DNA from: Candidatus Eisenbacteria bacterium RBG_16_71_46
GTDB taxonomy: Bacteria; Eisenbacteria; RBG-16-71-46
NCBI GenBank assembly: GCA_001780165.1
Contig: MFFQ01000023.1
Span: 5,215 to 69,214 of the forward strand
DNA: 64,000 nucleotides
Direction of reading: 5' to 3'
Positions 13,721 to 23,539 of this stretch are shown here, piece by piece; the stretch's first letter is position 1; each line of letters starts with the position of its first letter. The position numbers were made by a program, and so were the translations under genes. The notes below the pieces were generated by a model. It was given only the letters and a program-made list of their open reading frames with translations, was not told the DNA's origin and made no database searches.

Positions 13721-14689
13721 TCAGGGAATGAGCAGGATCTTGCCCGTGGTGGCCCTTGCCTCCAGCCTGCGATGGGCCTCCGCGGCGTGCTCGAGCGGTA
13801 GCTCGGCCCCGACGCGAAGGACGAGCCTCCCCTCCCGCACCCAGCCCAGCACCTCGCCCGCGCGCGCCAGCAGCTCCGCGCGCGTCGCGACGTAGTGGGT
13901 GAGGCTCGGCCTCGTGAGGGAGAGCGAGCCGCGCTGGCTCAGCAGCTGGGGATCGAATGGCGCGACCGGCCCGCTCGACTGGCCGAACAGCACCAGCGTC
14001 CCGCGCGGCGCCAGGCAGCGCAGGCTCTTCTCGAACGTCGTCCGCCCCACCGAGTCGTACACCACCTGCACCCCGGCGCCGCCCGTGAGGCGCCTCACCT
14101 CGGCCTCGAAATCCTGTTCGGCATAGAGAATCACGTCGTCGGCGTGGGCTTCGCGCGCCAGGGCCGCCTTCGCCGGGGTGGACACGGTGCCGATCACGCG
14201 CGCGCCGCGCATCCGGGCGATCTGGCACAACAGCAGCCCGACCCCTCCGGCCGCGGCATGGACCAGGCAGGTGTCGCCCGGCCCGAGCGGACGGGTCGTG
14301 CAGGCGAGGTAGTGCGCGGTCATGCCCTGGAGCATCGCCGCGGCGCCCTGGCGCGCGCCCACGCCCTCCGGCAGGCGGACGAGACGCTCGGCGGCTACCA
14401 CCGCCAGGCCGGCGTAGGATCCGAGCGTGCCCTGGTAGGCGACGCGATCCCCGAGACGCACGCCGGCGACCCCGCGGCCGACGGCGGCCACCGTCCCCGC
14501 CGCTTCGGAGCCCAGGGTGCAGGGAAGCTCCACCGGATACGCGCCGGTCCGACGATAGATGTCGATGAAGTTGACGCCCACCGCTTCGATGCGGACCAGC
14601 GCCTGACCCGCCCCCGGCAGGGGATCGGGCACCTCCTCGTAGCTGAGCGCCTCCGGTCCTCCGAAGGCATGCAGGCGGATCGCTTTCAT
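13721..14689 (-). CDS. qor: NADPH:quinone oxidoreductase (zeta-crystallin/MDR family)
   Basis: Motifs GVNFID, HAAAGGVG, YDSVG, FGQSSG and TTGK. Confidence 0.93.
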   Translation of the reverse strand: MKAIRLHAFGGPEALSYEEVPDPLPGAGQALVRIEAVGVNFIDIYRRTGAYPVELPCTLGSEAAGTVAAVGRGVAGVRLGDRVAYQGTLGSYAGLAVVAAERLVRLPEGVGARQGAAAMLQGMTAHYLACTTRPLGPGDTCLVHAAAGGVGLLLCQIARMRGARVIGTVSTPAKAALAREAHADDVILYAEQDFEAEVRRLTGGAGVQVVYDSVGRTTFEKSLRCLAPRGTLVLFGQSSGPVAPFDPQLLSQRGSLSLTRPSLTHYVATRAELLARAGEVLGWVREGRLVLRVGAELPLEHAAEAHRRLEARATTGKILLIP

Positions 14690-14802
14690 GGGTCTCCTCC
14701 CGGCCGCGCCGCCCGGCGGGGCGCTGCGCGCGGCCGGCCCGGGGCCGCGAAGGCCGAGGCAGCATGATACAGTGCGCGACGATGGATGCGGAGGGGCGTT
14801 CG

Positions 14803-15801
14803 ATGGCCGATGAGAATCTGCAGGTCGTCTTTGGCGCGGGACAGGTCGGACCGCCTCTCGCCGCCATCCTGCGGGAGAGCGGCCTGCAGGTGCGGATCGT
14901 GCGGCGCTCGTCGGGCGGGGACCTCGGCGGCATCCCGGTGGTCGAGGGCGATGCCGGCGATCCCGCGTTCGCGACCGCGGTCTCGAGCGGTGCGGCCGCG
15001 ATCTACCACTGCCTCAATCCCGCCTACGACGAGAAGGAATGGGCACGGGAGCTACCGCGGTTCATGGAAGCCCTGATCGCGGCGGCCTCGCGCACCGGCG
15101 CCCGGCTGGTCGTGCTCGACAATCTCTACTCGCTCGGCAGCACCGAGGGTCGTCCGATCAACGAGGACACGCCGACGAATCCGATTTCGCGCAAGGGCGA
15201 GATCCGGGCCCGGGTCGCGGCGACGCTGTTCGAGGCCCATCGCCGAGGGGACGCGCGCGCGGTCGTGGGGCGCGCTTCCGACTTCTACGGACCCCGCGGG
15301 CACGGGACGTTCTTCGGCGACCTGTTCTGGAACCGGGTGCTCGCCGGGAAGAGCGCGCAGGCGCCGATGAACCCCGACACGCGCCACAGCTGGCATTACA
15401 TCCCCGACGTCGCCGCCGGCCTGGCCACGCTCGGGAGCGCCTCCGACGACGTGTGCGGGAGCGCGTGGATGTTGCCGGTGGCGCCTGCCGTCACGACGCG
15501 CGACATGGTGGAGCGACTGGGCGAGGCGCTCGGCCGGGAGATCCGGATCGAACGGGTCCCGTCGTGGATGCTGGCCGCGATGGGGTGGTTCGTCCCCGTG
15601 CTGCGCGAAGTGTCGGAGATGCTCTATCAATGGGACGAGCCGTTCGTCGTCGACGACTCGCGGTTCCGCGCGCGCTTCAGCCACATGCCGACCGCGCTCG
15701 ATGCCGGCGTCCGCGAGACCGTGGCCTGGGCGCGGGCGACCTTCGGCGCCGCCGGCAAGCGGACCGCCGGCGCGCAGCCGGCGGGCGTGGAAAGCCGCTA
15801 G
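14803..15801 (+). CDS. NAD-dependent epimerase/dehydratase family (atypical SDR)
   Basis: Motifs VFGAGQVG, DNLYSLG, SRKGEIR, RASDFYGP and YIPDVA. GGAGG RBS before ATG 14803 (alternative start 14764). Confidence 0.85.
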   Translation: MADENLQVVFGAGQVGPPLAAILRESGLQVRIVRRSSGGDLGGIPVVEGDAGDPAFATAVSSGAAAIYHCLNPAYDEKEWARELPRFMEALIAAASRTGARLVVLDNLYSLGSTEGRPINEDTPTNPISRKGEIRARVAATLFEAHRRGDARAVVGRASDFYGPRGHGTFFGDLFWNRVLAGKSAQAPMNPDTRHSWHYIPDVAAGLATLGSASDDVCGSAWMLPVAPAVTTRDMVERLGEALGREIRIERVPSWMLAAMGWFVPVLREVSEMLYQWDEPFVVDDSRFRARFSHMPTALDAGVRETVAWARATFGAAGKRTAGAQPAGVESR

Positions 15802-15843
15802 CCCACCGGCGCGTCCGCCCCCCGCTCACGGTCCACTCGTCGC

Positions 15844-16215
15844 GTGTCGCTTCCGGACAAGCCGCTCCTCGTCTACGATGGCGATTGCGGCTTCTGCCGC
15901 GTGTGGATCGCGCGCTGGCGCCGCACCACGGGCGACCGCGTCGAATACGCGCCGTACCAGGAGGCCGCCGCCCGCTTCCCCGAGATGCCGATCGAGCGCT
16001 TTCGCGGCGCGGTCCAGCTGGTGGAGCCGGACGGACGCTGGTCCGCCGGGGCGGAGGCGGTGTTCCGCTCGCTCGCCCACGCGCCCGGCCGCGGCTGGGG
16101 TCTGTGGCTCTACCTTCGGCTGCCAGGCTTCGCCCCGGTGAGCGAGTGGTGCTACCGGCGGGTGGCGCGGCACCGTTCCGCGCTCGAGCGGATCACCCGC
16201 TGGATCGGGTGGTGA
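15844..16215 (+). CDS. DCC1-like thiol-disulfide oxidoreductase (DUF393)
   Basis: Motifs LVYDGDCGFC, GAEAV and YRRVARHR. Confidence 0.8.
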   Translation: MSLPDKPLLVYDGDCGFCRVWIARWRRTTGDRVEYAPYQEAAARFPEMPIERFRGAVQLVEPDGRWSAGAEAVFRSLAHAPGRGWGLWLYLRLPGFAPVSEWCYRRVARHRSALERITRWIGW

Positions 16216-16350
16216 TCATCCGGTCGCGCGGCGCGAGCCCGGCAAGCCCCCACGCGGCCCCGGGTGCGAGGAGGCCTGGAGCCGAAGCGTCGCGGCGCTC
16301 GCGGCGGGCGGACCCTCGGACTACGGGACGACCCGACTCCACCGGAGAAC

Positions 16351-16515
16351 CTAGTGCGAGTCCCCCGCGCCCCCGTGCTGCCCCTGCTCGAGCGCGCGCT
16401 CGCGCTTCTTCGAGAGCGCGCCCACACCGATGAACAGCGCCACCAGCACCAGCACCCAGAAGGCGCCGAAGATCGTGAACACGGCGCGGAGGGCCGAACC
16501 GAAATCGAGAATCAT
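16351..16515 (-). CDS. Small single-TM membrane protein (54 aa)
   Basis: GGAG RBS. Hydrophobic AVFTIFGAFWVLVLVALFIGVGAL followed by basic SKKRER. Confidence 0.55.
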   Translation of the reverse strand: MILDFGSALRAVFTIFGAFWVLVLVALFIGVGALSKKRERALEQGQHGGAGDSH

Positions 16516-16785
16516 GACCGTGGATCTCCGTGAACCCAGGTGTGCGAACCGGTGCCGCGAGCGCGGCGCCACGGACCGGATGGACCGCGGCGCATCCTAG
16601 CACCTCCCGGGCGCGGCCGGCAGCCCGGGGGCCTGCCGCGTGGGCTCGGGTCCGACCGCGGTGCGACCCGGCCTCCGCGGACATGCCGCGATCCCCAACG
16701 CGCCTCGCCCCACGCGGCCGAAGCCTCGTGGGGCGAGGGTGTCACATCCGCACCGGAAACGGCCAAGCCGCGCCGGCTGAAGCTG

Positions 16786-17589
16786 CTACCGATAAATCGC
16801 CTTGATCGTGCCCCAGGTGGATGCCTTGACCGCGGTCGGGGCGGTGTTGAGGAAGAAGATGTCGAAGAACGAGGAAACCGCGTGGGCGCTGGGATCGCCG
16901 TTGGTCAGCCGGTGCTGCGCGAATCCGCCGAGGCGCGCGTTGTCCATGATGCCGTAGCAGCCGTGCCACTCCTCACCCAGGGTGCAGTTACCGAAGGTCA
17001 GCCAGGGGCTGGTGTAGGTGTTGCCCAGATAGACGACCTCGTACTGGACACGACCCTCGTCGCCCACCGTATTGGACCGGGGGTCGTACTGGATCTCGAG
17101 GCTGATCGGATTGCCCTTGGTGTAGTGAAGGTTGAAACCACCCGGATCCGAGAACGAATAGAACGGCAGCACGCCGCCGAAGGCGGCGATCTCGCCGTCC
17201 GGGACGCGCACGTTGAAGCGGCCATCCACGTTGGGGCTCCACCAGGGGCCGACGCGCAGGCCGGCTTCGCTGCCGTTGACGTCGTTGCCGCTGATGACCA
17301 GCGTCGCCCTGAGCGTGAAGGCGTCGCCGTTGCCGTACCAGTGCGGGTTCACACCGTCCTGCGACAGCGTCCAGTTGTGGAGATTGGCGAAGCCGAAGCA
17401 GTCGAGTCCGTCTTCGTCGAACTCGACCAGGGCCGGGTAGGTGTTCGTGGGGATGAGAACCGAGCCGGGGCAATCGTTGAAGATGCGCGTCTTCAAGACG
17501 ACGCTGTTGGCCCACGGCGTCGCGAATGCGGTCGATGCCACGAGCAACAGCGCGGCAAAGCCGAGAATGGTGTAGCTGATCCGCTTCAT
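16786..17589 (-). CDS. Secreted beta-rich protein with C-terminal TAVKASTWGTIKAIYR tail
   Basis: AGGAGG RBS. Signal peptide MKRISYTILGFAALLLVASTAFA, aromatic/Gly-rich body and terminal TWGxIK motif. Confidence 0.85.
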   Translation of the reverse strand: MKRISYTILGFAALLLVASTAFATPWANSVVLKTRIFNDCPGSVLIPTNTYPALVEFDEDGLDCFGFANLHNWTLSQDGVNPHWYGNGDAFTLRATLVISGNDVNGSEAGLRVGPWWSPNVDGRFNVRVPDGEIAAFGGVLPFYSFSDPGGFNLHYTKGNPISLEIQYDPRSNTVGDEGRVQYEVVYLGNTYTSPWLTFGNCTLGEEWHGCYGIMDNARLGGFAQHRLTNGDPSAHAVSSFFDIFFLNTAPTAVKASTWGTIKAIYR

Positions 17590-17839
17590 GATGTTCCTCC
17601 TGGGGTTTGAAGGACGACGACGAACGAGGTGCCTGCGGATCGAACGGTTTCTGCCGGCGTCTGGGATCGCCGGCGATTGCTGCTCCCGAGAGGGTCTCGC
17701 GGCACGGCCGGCCTCGCCGGCCCGCCGCGACTCCCGCACGAGAGGCGCTGCTCCAGCATGTCGCGCCGATCGCGTGATCCGGCGGACAAGCCACCGGCCG
17801 CGGATGAGGCCGCCACCCGAAACCGGTCACTCCTACGCC

Positions 17840-17853
17840 TGTAAACGGTTACA
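17840..17853. promoter_or_regulatory. LacI-type operator copy 1 (TGTAAACGGTTACA), with TTGACA on the minus strand at 17874-17869
   Basis: Near-perfect palindrome with central CG that matches the copies at 32765 and 43195. Confidence 0.8.
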
Positions 17854-17889
17854 TAGATGATGCAACTTTGTCAAGCGCTCGTCGGCCTT

Positions 17890-20800
17890 CTATTCCATTG
17901 GCTCGCGGGGCTCTCGGGTCCCGCGGGGCGCTCGTTTCCTCTCGTCGGGGGCCCCGCCGAGGGTGACCTCCACCCGATGGAGTCCCCCGTCGTGGACCAG
18001 CGGCACGCGGGCCGCGCCGTCCCGGACCGTCACCGTCGCGCCGTCCGCGCTCGCCGCGATCACCGCCGCGGCGCTGGCGCCCGGGTTCTCGATCACGATC
18101 TCGTAGCGCGTGGTCTCGTCCGGGAGCCGGTAGTCGATCGTGCAGCGGTGCCACGGGTCGGGAATGCACGGACGGATGACGAGCGCTTCGCCGCCCTCGA
18201 CCCGGACTCCGAGCACGGATTCGACGGCGGTCCGGAACATCCAGCCGGCGGAGCCCGTGTACCACGTCCAGCCTCCGCGGCCGACGTGGGGCGGCTCGCC
18301 GTAGACGTCGGCGGCGATGACGTAGGGCTCGACCCGGTAGGTCGACACCTGCTCCGGGGTGAGGGCATGGCTCACCGGGCTCAGCATCTCGAGCAGCTTC
18401 GCCGCGCGCTCCCGGCGGCCGGCTTGCGCCAGCGCGCCCACGAACCACAGCGCCGCGTGGGTGTACTGACCCCCGTTCTCGCGCACGCCAGGCACGTAGC
18501 CCTTGATGTAGCCCGGCTCGCGGGGCGTGCGGTCGAACGGCGGCGCGAGCAGCCGAACGATGCCGTCCCGCTCGGACACCAGCAGGCGCTCCACCGCGTC
18601 GAGCGCCCGCGCGGCGCGCGCCGGCGGAGCGGCGCCGGAGAGCACGGCCCAGGCCTGGGCGAGCGCGTCGATCCGGCACTCGTCGCTCGCCCGCGAGCCG
18701 AGCGGGGCGCCGTCGTCGTAGAAGCCTCGGCGGTACCATTCGCCGTCCCATCCCGCGTCGTTCACCGCCGCGCGGAGCGCTTCGCGATGGCGGCGATAGC
18801 GCGCCCCCCGCTCGCGATCGCCCCGGCGCTCACACAGCGGGGCGAACTCGCCGAGGATGGCGTGGAGGAAGAAGCCCATCCACACGCTCTCGCCCCTGCC
18901 TTCATGACCGACCAGGTTCATGCCGTCGTTCCAGTCCCCGGCGCCGAAGAGGGGCAGTCCGTGCGCGCCGCACTCCAGCGAGCGGTCGATCGCGCGGCAG
19001 CAGTGCTCGTAGAGGCTCGCCGACTGGCCCGAGTCCTCGGGCTCGAGGAACGCCTCGTCCTCCCCCTCCTCGAGCGGGCGCGCCACGAGGAAGGGTGCCA
19101 CCCGCTCCAGGATCTCCTCGTCCCCGGTGGCGCGGACGTACTGCGCCGTGATGTGGGGCAGCCACAGCAGATCGTCGGCGAAGCGCGTGCGCAAGCCGCG
19201 ATCGAGCGGTGGGTGCCACCAGTGGAGCACGTCGCCCTCGACGAACTGGTGCCCGGCATGCAGCAGGATCTGCTCGCGGGCGAGCCGAGGGCGGACCCCG
19301 GCGAAGGCGGCGGCGTCCTGGAGCTGGTCGCGGAAGCCGAAGGCCCCCCCCGACTGGTAGAAGGCGGAGCGCCCCCAGATGCGGCAGGCGAGGTCCTGGT
19401 AGAGCAGCCAGCCGTTGACCATGAGGTCGATCGCGGGCACGGGGGTGTGGACCCGGACGCGCGAGAGGAGATCGGACCAGAACCCCCGGACCTCGTCGAA
19501 CGCGCGATCGATCGCTCCGGGCTCGCGGTAGCGCGCGATCAGCGCGCGCGCCTGGTCGTCACCCGCGCCCTCGCCGAGCAGGAACGCGCACTCCACGCTC
19601 GCTCCGGCCGGGATCTCCAGCTCGCACTGCTCGGCGAAGCAGGGATCGAGGCCGGCGCCCGTGCGGCCGTCGAGGGTCGCCCCGCGCCGGAGTACCAGCG
19701 GTCGCTCGGGTCCGCCGCCCCGGCCGATGAACGCCTCGCGGTCGCCGCTGAAATGGACCGGCAAAGGGCTCCCGCGGGTCACGACGGCGGCGAAGGCGAC
19801 CCGGTCCGCATGCTCGCCGGCGGCCGGATTGCGGGCGAGCAAGGCCTTCACTCCCGCGTCGAAACCGGTGACCACGAAACGCCCGCTTTCCCCAGGCGAC
19901 CCGCCGAGCACCAGCCGCTGGTAGCCGAACAACGACAGGCGCCGCGTTCGGCGGCCGCGGTTGTGGAGTCGCACCCGGGTGATCTTCACCGGGTCGTGGC
20001 GGGGGACGAAGACGCAGACCTCCTGCTCGAGCCCCTCGCTCACGTGCCGGCAGCGGCTGTACCCGAAACCATGCCGCATCTCGTAGTCGGCCGGCTGCGG
20101 CACGGGCCCCGGCAGCGGCGACCAGTACGCCCCGGACTCCTCGTCGCGCAGGTAGAGCGCCTCGCCGTGCGGGTCCAGCACCGGATCGTTGGACCAGGGT
20201 GTGAGGCGATGCTCGCGGCTGTTGCAGCTCCAGGTGCAGCCGGCGCCGGTCTCGCTGACGATGAAGCCGAATCCCTCGTTGGCCACCACGTTCACCCACG
20301 GCAGCGGCGGTTGCAGCAGCCCCGCGTGTGGCCGGTGCGCGAGGCGGATCACGTACTCGCCGCCCTCGCCGAAGCCGCCGAAGCCGTTGAAGCACTCGAG
20401 CGGTTCGGTGAACAGGCCGCCCGCCCCGCTCAACGCCTCGCCCACCGCGGGGCGCCCGTCGCCGGGCCCGGGCGGCGGGGCCGGCGGCGGGCGCGCCGCG
20501 ACCTCGTGCAGGTCGATCGCCGTGGGCGAGGGGCGCGAGCCGTCCACCAGCAGGTGCGCGGCGGCGAGGAGCAGGTCCACCTCCGCCTCCGGCATGTCCC
20601 GGGTGCTACGGACCTGCACGCCCTCGCCTCCCGCCCGCGGCACGCCGCCTGGCAGGCGCTCCGGATCGGCGCACAGCACGACCAGATCCACGTCGAGCCC
20701 GAGCGCCCGCCAGTAGCGATGCGCGGCGAGCAGCGCGGCGAGCCCCTCGAGATCCACCGGCGCGCGCGCATCGGCGACCGCCAGGGGCCTCTGCGGGGAG

Positions 20801-21861
20801 AGCCCGAGTGCCGCGAGGCTGGCGCGGGAGCCGCTCGCCCGCGCGATCCGCTCGGGATCCGCCCGCAGGCGCGGGTGGGCGTAGAGCAGCCCACCGGCCA
20901 GCGCCTGGTAGCGCTCCGCCTCCTCGGGCGAGATCCCGAGGCGGCGCAGCTCCTCCCCCGCGGCGGACTCGGCCGCGGCGAGCATCTCCTCCACGCGCGC
21001 CGGCGCCGAGACGTGGTCGAGCAGTCCCAATGCCTCGCTCCGCCCGGGTGCGGCGCCGAGTACGAACACCAGCTGCGCGCTCGCCCCCGGGCCGAGATCC
21101 ACCGCGCGCCGCAGGGCGAAGATGGGGTCGAGCACGCTTCCGGTCGCACCCGACAACGGCGCACCCGGTCGCAGGGCCTGGGGCCGGTCGAGGCCGGCGC
21201 CGCGTCCGATGAAGCGCGCGCGGTCGGTCTCGTGCTCGAGCGCGCCGTCGCCGAGCAGCGCGTGCACCATCCACGGGAGGCGCTCGCCGCGCTCACGCGG
21301 CCGGCGGCGCGCGAGCAGCGCGCCGCTCCCGGGATCGAATTCGGTCTGGACGAAGAGCTTCGAGAACGCCAGGTGGCTCCGGTCGGCGGCGCGCCCGGCG
21401 AGCACGACTTCGACGTAGCTGGCCAGGTCGAGCGCGCGCGAGCGCGCGGAGCGGTTGCGCAGCGTGATCCGCCGCATCTCCAGCGCCGCCCGCGGCGCCA
21501 CCACGGCCTCGAGGCGCGCCTCGATGCCGTCGTCGTCGCGCGCGATCTCCACCCGCCCCGGCCGCCAGGTCGCCCGGTAGTCGCCCGCCGGGCGCCGGAC
21601 CGGCTGAGATCCGAGCGACCACAGGGCGCCCGACTCCCGGTCACGCAGGTAGAGGAAGCAGCCGTCGCGATCCTCGACCCGGTCGCCGGCCCAGCGGGTG
21701 AGCGCCAGCTCCCCCAGCCACGAGCCCCCGGTTCCGGCGGCGCTGAGGAGGGTGGTGTAGTCGCCGTTCGAGAGCAGCCATGCCGGCGGCGCCGGAGCAT
21801 CGAGCGGATCCGGCGTGGCGCTCGCGAGCGCGCCCGCGAGGCGCGAGCCGGCTTCACGCAT
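17890..21861 (-). CDS. GH94 glycoside phosphorylase resembling the C-terminal region of cyclic beta-1,2-glucan synthase (Cgs/NdvB), stand-alone
   Basis: Two N-terminal repeats (LLSNGDY; PWVNVVANEGFG..NSREHRLTPWSND). Also YQSGGAFGFRDQL, catalytic GDWNDG, RENGGQYTH and GRGGWTWYTGSAGW. No signal peptide. Confidence 0.9.
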   Translation of the reverse strand: MREAGSRLAGALASATPDPLDAPAPPAWLLSNGDYTTLLSAAGTGGSWLGELALTRWAGDRVEDRDGCFLYLRDRESGALWSLGSQPVRRPAGDYRATWRPGRVEIARDDDGIEARLEAVVAPRAALEMRRITLRNRSARSRALDLASYVEVVLAGRAADRSHLAFSKLFVQTEFDPGSGALLARRRPRERGERLPWMVHALLGDGALEHETDRARFIGRGAGLDRPQALRPGAPLSGATGSVLDPIFALRRAVDLGPGASAQLVFVLGAAPGRSEALGLLDHVSAPARVEEMLAAAESAAGEELRRLGISPEEAERYQALAGGLLYAHPRLRADPERIARASGSRASLAALGLSPQRPLAVADARAPVDLEGLAALLAAHRYWRALGLDVDLVVLCADPERLPGGVPRAGGEGVQVRSTRDMPEAEVDLLLAAAHLLVDGSRPSPTAIDLHEVAARPPPAPPPGPGDGRPAVGEALSGAGGLFTEPLECFNGFGGFGEGGEYVIRLAHRPHAGLLQPPLPWVNVVANEGFGFIVSETGAGCTWSCNSREHRLTPWSNDPVLDPHGEALYLRDEESGAYWSPLPGPVPQPADYEMRHGFGYSRCRHVSEGLEQEVCVFVPRHDPVKITRVRLHNRGRRTRRLSLFGYQRLVLGGSPGESGRFVVTGFDAGVKALLARNPAAGEHADRVAFAAVVTRGSPLPVHFSGDREAFIGRGGGPERPLVLRRGATLDGRTGAGLDPCFAEQCELEIPAGASVECAFLLGEGAGDDQARALIARYREPGAIDRAFDEVRGFWSDLLSRVRVHTPVPAIDLMVNGWLLYQDLACRIWGRSAFYQSGGAFGFRDQLQDAAAFAGVRPRLAREQILLHAGHQFVEGDVLHWWHPPLDRGLRTRFADDLLWLPHITAQYVRATGDEEILERVAPFLVARPLEEGEDEAFLEPEDSGQSASLYEHCCRAIDRSLECGAHGLPLFGAGDWNDGMNLVGHEGRGESVWMGFFLHAILGEFAPLCERRGDRERGARYRRHREALRAAVNDAGWDGEWYRRGFYDDGAPLGSRASDECRIDALAQAWAVLSGAAPPARAARALDAVERLLVSERDGIVRLLAPPFDRTPREPGYIKGYVPGVRENGGQYTHAALWFVGALAQAGRRERAAKLLEMLSPVSHALTPEQVSTYRVEPYVIAADVYGEPPHVGRGGWTWYTGSAGWMFRTAVESVLGVRVEGGEALVIRPCIPDPWHRCTIDYRLPDETTRYEIVIENPGASAAAVIAASADGATVTVRDGAARVPLVHDGGLHRVEVTLGGAPDERKRAPRGTREPREPME

Positions 21862-21914
21862 GGCGACCACCTTCTCGAACCGCGCCCGTCCCGGCGGCCG
21901 GTTCGCTCATCGAC

Positions 21915-23486
21915 TCAGCGCAGCAGGACGCAGGGCTTCCAGGCGGAGGTTCCGCCGTAGTCGATCCGGTACCGATACACGCCGCTGGGGAGCCCCGCGC
22001 CCCGCAGGGTCGCCTGGTGGAGGCCGGCGGAGAGCTCGCCGTCGACGAGCCGCGCGATCTCACGACCCGCCACGTCGTAGACCGTGAGGCGCACGTGTCC
22101 CGGCTGTGCCAGACGGAAACGGATCGTGGTGGCGCTGGAGAACGGATTGGGCTCGCTGCGATGGAGCTCGAGCCGCCCGGCCCCGGGCGCCGGGCGGGGC
22201 ACGTCCGTGGTCTGAACGAAGCCCGCGCGATCCAGGCCGAGCTGGATTTCGGGGCTCTGCATGAAGCGGTTCCACACCGACTGGGTCGCGTAGTTCTCGA
22301 TCATCAGGATGATCGGGCCCTGGTCGATGCCGATGACGTCGGTGGCCCACCACCCCAGCGTGAGATTGAACCCGTCGCGGAAGCCGTAGGGACCCCACAG
22401 GGAGGCCTTGTAGTTGTCGTAGAGGTTGGCGATCGTCGGGATCACGACCTCGGGCGCGAACGGGATCGAACCGATCGCCGCGGTGGGCGTGATCGTTCCG
22501 TTGTCGCCCTCGGGCGGGGGCGCGCCGCGCGCGGCGTAGCCGTAGGGCCCGTCCCCGGCGGTGAGCCCCCACAGGACGTCGCTGTAGCCGGTGAACCCGC
22601 CCGGGTTCGCGATGCAGTAGGCGCGCTGGGCAAGCGTCGCGCGGCGGGAATTCTCGAAGTAGTCGATGCCCGTGCCCATCATGTAGGCGTCCTGCTTGCC
22701 GCGGAAGTCGATCCAGCAGTGCGAGTACTGGTGGCCGAACAGGGGCGGGAAGCGCACGTAGGAGTAGCCGTACTGGGTGTGCCAGATGTAGCCGCTGGTC
22801 CAGGCCGACCAGGCCGAGGGCGCCACCGCGTGCGTCGGCGAGCCCAGCGCCAGGATGTAGAGGATCATCGCCTCGTTGTAGCCGATCCACTGGCCGAAGC
22901 CGCTGAAGCCGGTACCCGGCTTCCACCCCATGAGGATCCCGGGGTTGAAGTTCTGCATGAACTTCCAGTTCACGCGCCGGTAGATCTGATCGGCCAGGAT
23001 GCGGATCTGATCCTCGGTGGGGTCGACGGCGTCGAAGTACCGCCCGGCGTCGAGGATCCCCGCAAGCAGGAGTGCGGTGTCGATGGAGGACAGCTCGGTC
23101 GTGCCGGACCGCGTCGCCGTGTTCATGTCGAGGAAGTGGTAGAAGAAGCCCTGGTAGCCGATGGTGCCGCTCGCGGCACTGCTCTGCGGCCCGTTCCAGA
23201 ACGTCTGCAGGGTGGTGAGCACCCGGCTCGCCGCGGCCGGACGCGAGACCCAACCGTGGTCCACGCCGACGCAGATGGCGGAGAGCCCGAAGCCGACCGA
23301 GGCGATGCTGCACGGCGACCCCGGGGTACTGCGGTCGCGGATCAGGCCGTTCGCGGGGTTGGCCTCGGTCCAGAAGAACTGGAACGCGGTGCGCTCCAGG
23401 CTGTCGAGCATGGCGCCGGTGGTTTCGGCCCGGGCCATGGGGGCGACGGCGAGGAGCAGGACGAGGGTGGTCAGGATGCGCTTCAT
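21915..23486 (-). CDS. Secreted GH144-like (glucoamylase/DUF3131 family) endo-beta-1,2-glucanase with a C-terminal FlgD-Ig/Por-like domain
   Basis: Signal peptide. Motifs SIASVGFGL, GFFYHFLD, ELSSIDT, GYNE, PLFGHQYSH, DYFENSR and GIDQG. Tail PNPF...VYDVAGR...LPSGVY. Confidence 0.88.
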   Translation of the reverse strand: MKRILTTLVLLLAVAPMARAETTGAMLDSLERTAFQFFWTEANPANGLIRDRSTPGSPCSIASVGFGLSAICVGVDHGWVSRPAAASRVLTTLQTFWNGPQSSAASGTIGYQGFFYHFLDMNTATRSGTTELSSIDTALLLAGILDAGRYFDAVDPTEDQIRILADQIYRRVNWKFMQNFNPGILMGWKPGTGFSGFGQWIGYNEAMILYILALGSPTHAVAPSAWSAWTSGYIWHTQYGYSYVRFPPLFGHQYSHCWIDFRGKQDAYMMGTGIDYFENSRRATLAQRAYCIANPGGFTGYSDVLWGLTAGDGPYGYAARGAPPPEGDNGTITPTAAIGSIPFAPEVVIPTIANLYDNYKASLWGPYGFRDGFNLTLGWWATDVIGIDQGPIILMIENYATQSVWNRFMQSPEIQLGLDRAGFVQTTDVPRPAPGAGRLELHRSEPNPFSSATTIRFRLAQPGHVRLTVYDVAGREIARLVDGELSAGLHQATLRGAGLPSGVYRYRIDYGGTSAWKPCVLLR

Positions 23487-23539
23487 GAGAGCCTTTCATG
23501 GCGGCGCCGTGCGCCGGGATGCAGGAGCGGGCTGCCGCG

